Below are positions 28,584-36,465 of a DNA stretch of 64,000 nt, piece after piece. The position numbers and the translations under genes were made by a program. The stretch is taken from positions 124,001 to 188,000 of IMG/VR virus record IMGVR_UViG_3300044957_000763; one strand, given 5' to 3'. Positions within the stretch are counted from its first letter, which is position 1, and each line of letters starts with the position of its first letter. The notes beneath the pieces were generated by a model. That model saw only the letters and a list, made by a program, of their open reading frames with translations, searched no databases and was not told the DNA's origin.

Positions 28584-28707
28584 CCGGTACGAATGAATAT
28601 TGGTTATCAATTAGTTCGACTCTAATATTCCCCTCTCAGATGTGGTATCATCCACGTTTGAAAGGGGAATCGCCCTGGTGGGCACCCAATTTCAAAACCT
28701 TGACCGG
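28584..28707 (+). ncRNA. YrlA-like element E: T-arm, closed acceptor stem, D-arm (no separate anticodon arm)
   Basis: ATTAG-TTCGACT-CTAAT, ATTCCCC/GGGGAAT joined by a hairpin, enclosed by CCGGTACGAA/CTTGACCGG. Confidence 0.7.
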
Positions 28708-28713
28708 TAAAAT

Positions 28714-28790
28714 CGGGCCGTAGCGTAGCTTGGTATCGCGCCTCGTTTGGGACGAGGAGGTCGCCAGTTCGAATCTGGCCGGCCCGACCA
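28714..28790 (+). tRNA. tRNA-Pro(TGG)
   Basis: CGGGCCG/CGGCCCG-ACCA; loop TT-TGG-GA. Confidence 0.95.
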
Positions 28791-28797
28791 TTTTTTT

Positions 28798-28876
28798 CGA
28801 GCTGTAGCGTAGCTTGGTTTATCGCGCTTACCTGGGAGGTAAGAGGTCGTGGGTTCAAATCCCGCCAGCTCGACCA
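28798..28876 (+). tRNA. tRNA-Pro(GGG)
   Basis: CGAGCTG/CAGCTCG-ACCA; loop CT-GGG-AG. Confidence 0.93.
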
Positions 28877-28884
28877 AGTTTCAT

Positions 28885-28961
28885 CTGGGGTCAGACTCAA
28901 GGTGGGTCGCCTATTTCGGAAGTAGGACATTAGCGGGGTTCAATTCCCCGACCTCAGACCA
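28885..28961 (+). tRNA. tRNA-Pro(CGG)
   Basis: CTGGGGT/ACCTCAG-ACCA; loop TT-CGG-AA. Confidence 0.88.
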
Positions 28962-28975
28962 AATTCAAGTATAAT

Positions 28976-29197
28976 GTGGATATGGCAGGCGTAATACCAC
29001 AATACTATATCTTTGTGAAGCCGTATACAGTTGGTGGAACTACGATTCACCCAGGTGTTTCGCTAAAAGGTGAGTTTGAAGTGACTGATACTCATATTTC
29101 ACAAAAGGGCTCGACTTTATTGTCGAACATCCCCAAGGAATATCTTGAACCTTACACACCGCACAAGTTTGAGAAGAAGGTGCGAAAGAAAAAATAG
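28976..29197 (+). CDS. Small hypothetical protein
   Basis: 73-aa ORF after a TATAAT box; basic C-terminus. Confidence 0.55.
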   Translation: MDMAGVIPQYYIFVKPYTVGGTTIHPGVSLKGEFEVTDTHISQKGSTLLSNIPKEYLEPYTPHKFEKKVRKKK

Positions 29198-29200
29198 ATT

Positions 29201-29275
29201 CCACGGATGGTATAGTGGCAATACGCTTGCATTACAAGCAAGAGATTTAGGGTTCGATTCCCTAGCCGTGGACCA
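29201..29275 (+). tRNA. tRNA-Val(TAC)
   Basis: CTTGC-ATTACAA-GCAAG; ACCA. Confidence 0.85.
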
Positions 29276-29282
29276 GGTTTGT

Positions 29283-29358
29283 CCTCAATTAGCTCAGTTG
29301 GTAGAGCGCCTCGTTTACACCGAGGATGCCGGGGGTTCAAGTCCCTCATTGAGGACCA
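29283..29358 (+). tRNA. tRNA-Val(TAC)
   Basis: CCTCAAT/ATTGAGG-ACCA; loop TT-TAC-AC. Confidence 0.92.
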
Positions 29359-29363
29359 GAATT

Positions 29364-29684
29364 TCATGCAACATGTTTGTCTCCAGCTACGCTGGCAGAC
29401 TTATAAACAACCAGTGTGCAATCAGTGATTGCTTCGAAGTCTGATTCTTCATATGGTTCAATAACCATGATGTCGCCGGCGTTCAAGACGTAATCGCCCA
29501 TGCGACATTCTCCAGAGATTATCAACGTCACCTCAGTGCTGCACTTGTGGTAGTGCATGGCGTTTGTTTCGCCAGCCTTGTAAGATTTGACACCGACTTC
29601 TGCGGTTGTGGTTTTGAAAACACAAGGTTCAAAATTTCCTACGAACCACCCTCCTTTCATTGAGTTGTGCTGGAATATGCGCAT
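29364..29684 (-). CDS. Cupin-domain protein
   Basis: MHYHK..TEVTLIISG..GD cupin motifs. Confidence 0.8.
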   Translation of the reverse strand: MRIFQHNSMKGGWFVGNFEPCVFKTTTAEVGVKSYKAGETNAMHYHKCSTEVTLIISGECRMGDYVLNAGDIMVIEPYEESDFEAITDCTLVVYKSASVAGDKHVA

Positions 29685-29758
29685 GTTTAGTTTGTACAGG
29701 CGCTATAGCCATTAATATGGTTGTTGATTTCATCGGTGAGTTTGGTCTATAATAAGTA

Positions 29759-30010
29759 ATGGACAAAGAGATTCAACTAATACCATTGCCCGATGATTTT
29801 GAAGGAAGAGTCGAGACAGGCCCAGTGCAATTTGGAGACGATTGGCCAGGGGTTTTTATTCGAGGCGACAGTGCGGCATACTATGCGGCGTCCATTCGTG
29901 CTATTTTGGAAAAATATGGCGAACAGATGCATAGGATAATGGAAATAGTACCATTGGTTGGTTTGATGGAAGATTTGGGCAGTTCCAATTTGATTAATCG
30001 ACAGCAATGA
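29759..30010 (+). CDS. Hypothetical protein
   Basis: 83-aa ORF (RVETGPVQFGDDWPGVFIRGD). Confidence 0.65.
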   Translation: MDKEIQLIPLPDDFEGRVETGPVQFGDDWPGVFIRGDSAAYYAASIRAILEKYGEQMHRIMEIVPLVGLMEDLGSSNLINRQQ

Positions 30011-30051
30011 AGACGCTTCTTGGCTGTGCTCTGTGATTTCAAGAACAAGAT

Positions 30052-30126
30052 GCCCCGGTAGTTTAGCGGTCAGAATGTTGGATTCTCAATCCAGCGAGCG
30101 GAGTTCGAGTCTCCGTCGGGGTACCA
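30052..30126 (+). tRNA. tRNA-Glu(CTC)
   Basis: GCCCCGG/TCGGGGT-ACCA; loop TT-CTC-AA. Confidence 0.9.
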
Positions 30127-30142
30127 TTTTTGCAATGTATTC

Positions 30143-30218
30143 GCTCTCCGAGCACGGTTGGTTGTGCGCTGCCATGACACGGCAGAGGTCGTGAGTTCGA
30201 ACCTCACGGAGAGCACCA
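30143..30218 (+). tRNA. tRNA-Val(GAC)
   Basis: GCTCTCC/GGAGAGC-ACCA; loop AT-GAC-AC. Confidence 0.9.
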
Positions 30219-30247
30219 TTTTCAAATCTAAGTGGTATAATAACCAC

Positions 30248-30574
30248 ATGAATACGGTAACTGATTCTAGTTTTGGTAAAGAGGTCGAAGAAGCCTCAGA
30301 TGAACAAGTTGTCATAGTCAACTTTTCTGCTTCTTGGTGTGGTCCGTGCAAGGCAATGAGGCCGCAGGTTGAGGCTATTGAGGCAAAATCCACTGGTGCA
30401 AAATTCGTATATTGTGACATTGATGACGCACCTATGCAAACAGAAAAGTTTGGTGTTTTAGGTGTGCCAACATATGTCGTGATGCGCAACCGCAAAGAAC
30501 ACGCAAGATTCGCAGGCTCAGGCCCACAAGTGTTAAGTGGCATTCAAGAATCAATTGAAAAGTTTTCGGTTTAG
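30248..30574 (+). CDS. trxA: Thioredoxin
   Basis: FSASWCGPCK active site; cis-Pro GVPT. Confidence 0.93.
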   Translation: MNTVTDSSFGKEVEEASDEQVVIVNFSASWCGPCKAMRPQVEAIEAKSTGAKFVYCDIDDAPMQTEKFGVLGVPTYVVMRNRKEHARFAGSGPQVLSGIQESIEKFSV

Positions 30575-30575
30575 T

Positions 30576-30648
30576 ACCGGCGGTTCTGGGCCAGAGACTT
30601 CAAGCTCATATCTTGAAGGAATGGGTTCGATTCCCTTCGCCGGTACCA
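30576..30648 (+). tRNA. tRNA-Met(CAT)
   Basis: ACCGGCG/CGCCGGT-ACCA; TCAAG-CTCATAT-CTTGA. Confidence 0.75.
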
Positions 30649-30671
30649 GTTTTCTCAAACATATTCAACAT

Positions 30672-30746
30672 GGCCAACTGGTGTAATGGCAGCTCGCCTC
30701 TATCACACGGAGAAGGTTCTGGGTTCGATTCCCAGGTTGGCCACCA
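30672..30746 (+). tRNA. tRNA-Val(CAC)
   Basis: GGCCAAC/GTTGGCC-ACCA; loop AT-CAC-AC. Confidence 0.82.
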
Positions 30747-30790
30747 AATTTACAGACCTGGGTTTACCCAGTGTTTTGATAGCAGAATGT

Positions 30791-31180
30791 TTAACAATCT
30801 TGCGGCCACTGAATATCGTAATCATCCGACTCTACTAGCTCTTCAGTAGACAATTTCACTCCTCCCCACTCAAGGTCTGCGGGTGATATGTAGTACATCC
30901 CCGGTATGTAATCAGCATATCCAACGTATTGATTTTGATGATATACCATGACGTTGCTTTCGTCTGCGGTGCGATATTCAAAGTAGAAAACCTTGTCTGG
31001 CCAGTCACCAGAGAACCTGTATTTTTGGTCATCGGGAATCGTAAGTTTGTTGTGTTCTATGTGTTCGTCTGTAAATTCAATATAGGCACCTCGTTGACCA
31101 ATTACAAGACGTCTATAACCAACGGCTACGAGTGTGCCGCTGTGTGTTTTGAATTCAATCGGAGTACTTCTCGAGTTCAT
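30791..31180 (-). CDS. Hypothetical protein
   Basis: 129-aa ORF. Confidence 0.65.
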   Translation of the reverse strand: MNSRSTPIEFKTHSGTLVAVGYRRLVIGQRGAYIEFTDEHIEHNKLTIPDDQKYRFSGDWPDKVFYFEYRTADESNVMVYHQNQYVGYADYIPGMYYISPADLEWGGVKLSTEELVESDDYDIQWPQDC

Positions 31181-31937
31181 ATCCTGCTACAAACGCATTC
31201 ATCAATTCATCCAAAAGATGTTTTGTGTCCGTGAGTCCAATTTTACCTTCGATTCTTGCGAATAGTTGATTTGCGTATGAGTTTGCAAAGTGCGTATCGA
31301 ATTGCTCCTCGAGCCATTCTGTTTCTTCTTCGCTTCGTGGCGTAATGCTTCGAAGAAATGATTCTGAATCTTTTGGCAATGAGTCAAATGAAAACTTGGC
31401 TACAATAGAGCAAGGGAAGAATTGCTCCTCAATTGGTTTTCCGTGTCTGTGTTCATCAAGTTTGGTTTTGTCAAATGTGTATCTGCTTTCTTCTCCAGGT
31501 CGACCTTGGTTGAATCCTTCGTACACTTCTAAGATTTTTTCGTCAAGGTTGATGATATACGCATATTCACAAAACAAAGAATCATAAATGAAATCGTTGT
31601 TTACGAGCATATACCCGCATATAAGCATTTCCTTGAGGTCACCCTGTAGACCTCTTGTCAAGCAATACCAATCTTCTTCTGATTGCTCTCCTACTCCATT
31701 GTGTGTATACGGCTTTAGTGCCTGTATGTCTTCGGCTGTTGGTTTGGGGCCGTCAATGCTGACAGTCTTGACATCATTAAGCATCTTTCTCACCCACTTA
31801 ATGCCGGGGTATTTTATAAGCGACCTGGTCAATTCAAGTGCTTCAACACCCAAAGATTCTGGATAACTGTCGCAATGGTTATATGTCAAGTAATCTTGAC
31901 CATTGTGTCTGAATCCGATGCTGCCTCGTGTTGACAT
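31155..31937 (-). CDS. Conserved phage hypothetical protein
   Basis: Likely start MSTRGSIG...YNHCDSYPESLG; SLFCEYAYIINLD pattern recurrent in phages. Confidence 0.7.
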   Translation of the reverse strand: MSTRGSIGFRHNGQDYLTYNHCDSYPESLGVEALELTRSLIKYPGIKWVRKMLNDVKTVSIDGPKPTAEDIQALKPYTHNGVGEQSEEDWYCLTRGLQGDLKEMLICGYMLVNNDFIYDSLFCEYAYIINLDEKILEVYEGFNQGRPGEESRYTFDKTKLDEHRHGKPIEEQFFPCSIVAKFSFDSLPKDSESFLRSITPRSEEETEWLEEQFDTHFANSYANQLFARIEGKIGLTDTKHLLDELMNAFVAGYELEKYSD

Positions 31938-31988
31938 ATATCCATTATGCCATAGGTGAGCACTGTTTGTCAACATAATCAATAAGCT

Positions 31989-32279
31989 ATGGTTTGTGTA
32001 ATTGAACTCGAGCTTGGGCAGTGTGGCGACCATCGAGCAACAGAACACGAACGTATTCAGCATAGAATCAAGGCAACTCATCAGGTTTATCACGAAATGA
32101 TGGAAGAATGCCGAATGCTTGGTGCGTCATTTCATGTTTATTCTATTTTAGACCGCCTTGGATATGTTGTTGCAGAATTGCCGGTGCATCATTGGTCATT
32201 GTTGAATTCTATGCACTGTGTAAAAGAAGTGCGCGAAAGTAAATTACACAAACGACTACGAGAATGCGATAATAACTAA
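31989..32279 (+). CDS. Hypothetical protein
   Basis: 96-aa ORF immediately upstream of the deaminase. Confidence 0.45.
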   Translation: MVCVIELELGQCGDHRATEHERIQHRIKATHQVYHEMMEECRMLGASFHVYSILDRLGYVVAELPVHHWSLLNSMHCVKEVRESKLHKRLRECDNN

Positions 32280-32280
32280 C

Positions 32281-32802
32281 ATGTCACAAAGACCAGGTTG
32301 GGATTCGCTGTTTATGTCAATGGCGATGTTGTTTTCAATGCGCAGTCCAGACACATCAACTAGGGTTGGGTGTGTTATCGCAGACCGCGACAATACTGTC
32401 ATGAGTCTTGGATACAACGGTTGGCCTCGAGGGGTTCAGTCTTTTGAACCAGGAGACGCGCGTTTTCAAAGACCAGAAAAGTATATGTGGATGGAGCACG
32501 CCGAGCGCAATGCCATCTATAATGCCTGTCGTAATGGCACACCGCTGAATCACTGCACACTGTATGCGACGCTTTTTCCGTGTGCTGATTGCGCCAGGGG
32601 TATTATTCAGGTTGGAATAGAGCGTGTAGTTTATCATGGCCCAAGCACTCAAATCATGAGGCAAATGAACCAGCAGTGGGATGCTTTTTACGGCGCGTCT
32701 ATGCGTATGTTTAATGAAGCCGGCATCGAAGTTGTGGAGTGGTTTGGAGACATTGTAATACCAGAAGGTCAATGTCAAGGTCAATCTATGCATTTTTGCT
32801 AG
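32281..32802 (+). CDS. dCMP deaminase
   Basis: SLGYNG, EHAERNAI, FPCADCA zinc motifs. Confidence 0.93.
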   Translation: MSQRPGWDSLFMSMAMLFSMRSPDTSTRVGCVIADRDNTVMSLGYNGWPRGVQSFEPGDARFQRPEKYMWMEHAERNAIYNACRNGTPLNHCTLYATLFPCADCARGIIQVGIERVVYHGPSTQIMRQMNQQWDAFYGASMRMFNEAGIEVVEWFGDIVIPEGQCQGQSMHFC

Positions 32803-32853
32803 ATTTCTTCGCATTGACCTCAAGAATCTGCACAATCATGGCAAGACCAAATT

Positions 32854-33339
32854 GTGCTGTACGCTTTATACTTTTTGCTGGTTGTGATTTCTCTGTTATT
32901 GTTTGATAACATTAAATTGCGCAGCCGCATTAGAACTGACGCGATGACTAGCGCAGTAACGCGCACGGTGTTTGAAAGCACACTAGTCCGTTGGCGAAAA
33001 TCCAAGAGTAAGTTCGCTGTTATTTACATTGACTGTGATGGGTTCAAGAGGGTCAATGATGCATATGGACACAAGGCCGGAGACCACGTGTTGTATGCAG
33101 TTGTTGAGTTTTTGAAGGAAATAGTGCGGCCATCTGACATGGTGGCAAGGTTGGGCGGCGACGAATTTGCCATACTTTTGCGCGATTGCAAAAGCGTTCA
33201 ATTGGTGGTCGAGCGTATTCAGGTGTTTAAGTACATTGGTGTGACACTTAGTTGTGGTTGGGCGACTTCTGATGAATATGACCCGCTAACTCTTGCTGAC
33301 ACGCGAATGTATGAGGCTAAACGAGCATCATATCAATAA
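32854..33339 (+). CDS. Diguanylate cyclase (GGDEF) with N-terminal TM helix
   Basis: IDCDGFKRVNDAYGHKAGD, RPSD I-site, RLGGDEF, ADTRMYEAK. Confidence 0.9.
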   Translation: MLYALYFLLVVISLLLFDNIKLRSRIRTDAMTSAVTRTVFESTLVRWRKSKSKFAVIYIDCDGFKRVNDAYGHKAGDHVLYAVVEFLKEIVRPSDMVARLGGDEFAILLRDCKSVQLVVERIQVFKYIGVTLSCGWATSDEYDPLTLADTRMYEAKRASYQ

Positions 33340-33688
33340 GACTTTCTTGGCGATTTTCTAAGTATCTCAAAAAGTATGTGACGGTTTTTCGACGACTGTA
33401 GCCGATGTGCTCCTGTGTGTCACAGATATCGAAGAAATCAGCGCCTATTTTAAGTAGACGATGTCTGTGTGGTTGGTCTCTCAATTCTGGAGTTAAATAT
33501 TCTCTGAGGTGCCAATGTATATCTTTCCATTCTGTAATTCTAGCGCGATGTGACCTGGTTAATCCCAACCTGATAATACTGATGTTTGAGTGTGAGTGAT
33601 TAAGTTCAGAATTGAATACGACCGCGTTTTTATACTTGCGATAGCGCCAATATCCGAGCTCATCTTTGGAGTATTCGCAAATGTCCAT
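33317..33688 (-). CDS. Hypothetical protein
   Basis: 123-aa ORF. Confidence 0.5.
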   Translation of the reverse strand: MDICEYSKDELGYWRYRKYKNAVVFNSELNHSHSNISIIRLGLTRSHRARITEWKDIHWHLREYLTPELRDQPHRHRLLKIGADFFDICDTQEHIGYSRRKTVTYFLRYLENRQESLIDMMLV

Positions 33689-33727
33689 GCATGAATTATA
33701 GCACGTGTGCTATAATAACCAGTAATC

Positions 33728-33803
33728 GCTCCAGTAGCTCAACGACAGAGCGGAGGTCTCTAACACCTCGACTGAGTGGGTTCAACTCCCACCTGGAGCA
33801 CCA
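33728..33803 (+). tRNA. Amber-suppressor-type tRNA (CTA)
   Basis: GCTCCAG/CTGGAGC-ACCA; GAGGT-CT-CTA-AC-ACCTC; own TGCTATAAT promoter. Confidence 0.88.
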
Positions 33804-33808
33804 AATTT

Positions 33809-34288
33809 ATGCAAGTATTCGTACCATCAACTGATATGCGCGAAAGCGTTAGAGTGTTAGATACTCTAAGATTGCGAAAGCAATTGTTAGAGTGCGTGGG
33901 GATTTTGTCGATTCTTCACAATCTTCCAAAGGCAGACGGCTCTCCGCGCAAAGGGCATCTCAATCATCCAGCAGTGCTTCAATGGAAATACTGGCCTGGT
34001 TGCTTGGCGACGTATGCCATGATGTGCGTGGAAGAACTTGAATCTCGTGGATTTTTCTCGGAAAAGATGCGTACTTCTGCCGAGGCATTTCAGACCGATG
34101 ACAACAAACCAGTTTGGTGGGGTGATGAGCAAGTTCATTCAACACATCGAAGTCGACTGCTACAAAAAGACCCTGTACACTACGGTCAATTCAATTGGGA
34201 AGAGATGAATCAAGAACCGCAGTCATATTGGTGGGCTATTCCATCGAGTAAATCTGAGTACAACTTGGAGCGCAGAGGTAAATCATGA
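33809..34288 (+). CDS. Pyrimidine-dimer glycosylase/endonuclease V-like (MSMEG_6728 family)
   Basis: MQVF...LDTLRLRKQLLE...HLNHPAVLQW...HSTHRSRLLQKDP. Confidence 0.8.
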   Translation: MQVFVPSTDMRESVRVLDTLRLRKQLLECVGILSILHNLPKADGSPRKGHLNHPAVLQWKYWPGCLATYAMMCVEELESRGFFSEKMRTSAEAFQTDDNKPVWWGDEQVHSTHRSRLLQKDPVHYGQFNWEEMNQEPQSYWWAIPSSKSEYNLERRGKS

Positions 34289-34761
34289 GGTTCATTTTCT
34301 TGGATATTGATGGTTGTCTGAATGACCGCACAATGATGTCAAATGGATTTTGTGGTATTGATGACGATAAAGTTGCGTTATTGAATCAAATTCTCTCGAA
34401 TCACGAGGATGTGTTCTTGGTGATTTCTTCTGCATGGCGATATATGTGCATAGCTAAAGATATGACTCTAAGAGGGTTTGAGGAAATGTTGTTGACCCAC
34501 GGTGTAGACTGCTACGGTCGTGTCCATGGTATTACATCTCCAGATGAGAAATATTGGCCAGACATTCCAACAAGTGACGATTATGCAGACCTTACTGTTC
34601 GCGCTCGTCAAATTGAAGAATATGTACAACAACATAACCCACAATCATTTGTGGTATTTGATGATTTGGATTTACCAGTTGACAATATAGTCAAGACTGA
34701 TGGTCAAATTGGCTTAGAGCAACACCACATATACTCAGCTCTGAACATTTTATTTCAGTAG
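34285..34761 (+). CDS. HAD-superfamily (Swiss Army Knife RNA repair-like) protein
   Basis: FLDIDGCLN, ISSAWR, VVFDD. Confidence 0.8.
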   Translation: MRFIFLDIDGCLNDRTMMSNGFCGIDDDKVALLNQILSNHEDVFLVISSAWRYMCIAKDMTLRGFEEMLLTHGVDCYGRVHGITSPDEKYWPDIPTSDDYADLTVRARQIEEYVQQHNPQSFVVFDDLDLPVDNIVKTDGQIGLEQHHIYSALNILFQ

Positions 34762-34772
34762 TTGAAGCCGTA

Positions 34773-34802
34773 TTGACAAACATTGGATTTGAGGATATAA
34801 TA
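34773..34802 (+). promoter_or_regulatory. sigma70 promoter
   Basis: TTGACA...TATAAT directly before a near-leaderless ATG. Confidence 0.7.
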
Positions 34803-35296
34803 TGAACATGCAAACCATTACCCTTTCTCGCGCACTTCAGGTCAAGAATCGCCTGGCTGAAAAAATCGCAGTTGCACAGAAGTTGGTGCAAGATTACAAC
34901 AGTAGCGTTGTAATCCCTGGACAGGCACCGGAGTTCAATGTGGCAGAGGTTTACAAACTCTATACCGAGCTACAGTATCGAATGGTCGATTTGAAAGACC
35001 GCATCAGCGAGGCAAATCGTCCTGTTCAGGCGACTATTTTCGAGCTTGCTGAGTTGAAAGGCCGCGTGCAGATGCTCAAGGGCTTGAACACGCGTAAAGG
35101 AAAGGAGTTTGCTAACTCGTATTCCATGTTTGATGACAGTGGTGAACCCAAGATGGTTGAGTACGTGGCAGTACTCGATAAGCAGTTCACTGCCGAAGAA
35201 ATTCGCGTTCTGCAGAATGAAATCGACAGTCGACAGGCTGACCTAGACCGCCACAATCATCAAACCATAATCGAATTTGATTTCGATTGGATGTAA
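34802..35296 (+). CDS. DIP1984/DUF6847-like coiled-coil protein
   Basis: ITLSRALQVKNRL...LKDRISEAN...LAELK...LQNEID..Q..LD..N pattern (recalled family resemblance). Confidence 0.6.
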   Translation: MNMQTITLSRALQVKNRLAEKIAVAQKLVQDYNSSVVIPGQAPEFNVAEVYKLYTELQYRMVDLKDRISEANRPVQATIFELAELKGRVQMLKGLNTRKGKEFANSYSMFDDSGEPKMVEYVAVLDKQFTAEEIRVLQNEIDSRQADLDRHNHQTIIEFDFDWM

Positions 35297-35317
35297 CGAT
35301 TTCGGCTTCGGTCGAAA

Positions 35318-35547
35318 CTAGGGGTGTGTAAGTGAGATGCGAGCCAGGTGCACAATCAGTGTATGTCTGGGTTCACTTCGGTGAATAGAAAACAAGTAAC
35401 CACTTGAAATGGTGACTATTATGGCAAACTTGTTCCTGACTAGGACTTTGAATGTCAAGATGCAAGGTTCAATTTAGTCAAAATACAAGGCGCAAAACGC
35501 AAGTCTTAAGAATCAACATTCACTCGGTCTTACAAACCACCCCTTAG
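35318..35547 (+). ncRNA. Structured RNA with 7-nt-periodic CAA loop
   Basis: GGGGTG-TGTAAG/CTTACA-CACCCC closing helix, UUCG hairpin, AACAAGT/ACTTGTT helix, GAATGT/ACATTC closing a repeat loop. Confidence 0.7.
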
Positions 35548-35592
35548 TATTTTGTTGAAGGTCGATTTTACACTTGTGTCGAACTGTTAATT

Positions 35593-36327
35593 ATGAGTTC
35601 GAAATACACACATCGACACGATGAAATTGTTCACTTGTGTAAAAACGCATTTACATTTTCAGAAGTCGAGCAACAGCTTGGTACATCAACACCAAACACC
35701 TCGCTTCGGAGATATATTAAGTTTCATAGCATACCAATGCCAAATTATTGCAGAGTTCGCGACGTTGATGATAATTTAGTAAAATATTATCAACCTATAC
35801 GAATTGAAGATTTGATAAATGGCATACGATTGTCAACGCATGCTGTAAAGAAATTTCTTTTTAAGAACGGTATCAAATCTCAAGAGTGTGAGATTTGCGG
35901 TTGGTGTGAACGACGTGCATCAAATGGAAAAATTCCAGTACACTTACATCACATTAACGGGAACCCATTTGATTGGACGATTGAAAATTTGCAGATTTTG
36001 TGCCCTAATCATCATGCACTCACTGATAATTTTGGTTCTCTGAATACAGGAAAAGGTTACATATTTGCAAATCGCCCAGCTACAACCAGGGCCCGCTTAG
36101 AGCACGAAACTAGCAATGCTTGTTTGTATTGCGCTTCTGCTTGTTCTTATAAGTCTAAATTTTGTTCTAGAGAGTGTCTATATATGAGTCAGCAAAAATG
36201 CATTAGACCAACTAAGGAACAATTAAAAGATGAGATAGCTAATAGCAACTGGATGGCTATTGGTCGCAAATATGGAGTGTCAGACAATGCTGTAAGAAAA
36301 TGGGCCAAGAAATATGGCATAATATAA
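35593..36327 (+). CDS. HNH endonuclease with C-terminal HTH
   Basis: CEICG...LHHINGN..D...NLQILCPNHH; AIGRKYGVSDNAVRKW. Confidence 0.88.
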   Translation: MSSKYTHRHDEIVHLCKNAFTFSEVEQQLGTSTPNTSLRRYIKFHSIPMPNYCRVRDVDDNLVKYYQPIRIEDLINGIRLSTHAVKKFLFKNGIKSQECEICGWCERRASNGKIPVHLHHINGNPFDWTIENLQILCPNHHALTDNFGSLNTGKGYIFANRPATTRARLEHETSNACLYCASACSYKSKFCSRECLYMSQQKCIRPTKEQLKDEIANSNWMAIGRKYGVSDNAVRKWAKKYGII

Positions 36328-36329
36328 TT

Positions 36330-36411
36330 GCCCCGTGGTTTGACGCTTGAGGCTTGAGCGATTGGTCCCTAAAACCAACAACAAAGGGTTCAACTCCCTC
36401 TCGGGGCGCCA
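36330..36411 (+). tRNA. Second, non-canonical tRNA with CTA anticodon
   Basis: TTGGT-CC-CTA-AA-ACCAA (C33 instead of U33); 6-bp acceptor; 14-nt D-loop; GCCA end. Confidence 0.55.
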
Positions 36412-36465
36412 ATTCTCTCACAAACTACAAGGTTCATTGTCTTCTGCTGTGTAAAAAAGACATAG

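Noticed and set aside
28684-28697. Possible UCA (opal suppressor) anticodon in element E (CCCAA-TT-TCA-AA)
   Set aside because: CCAATTTCA is the 3' strand of the conserved second helix (pairs with TGAA-T-ATTGG) and is equivalent to ATCGTTTTC in element B, so it is better explained as stem than loop. It would matter only if E were cut and ligated there.
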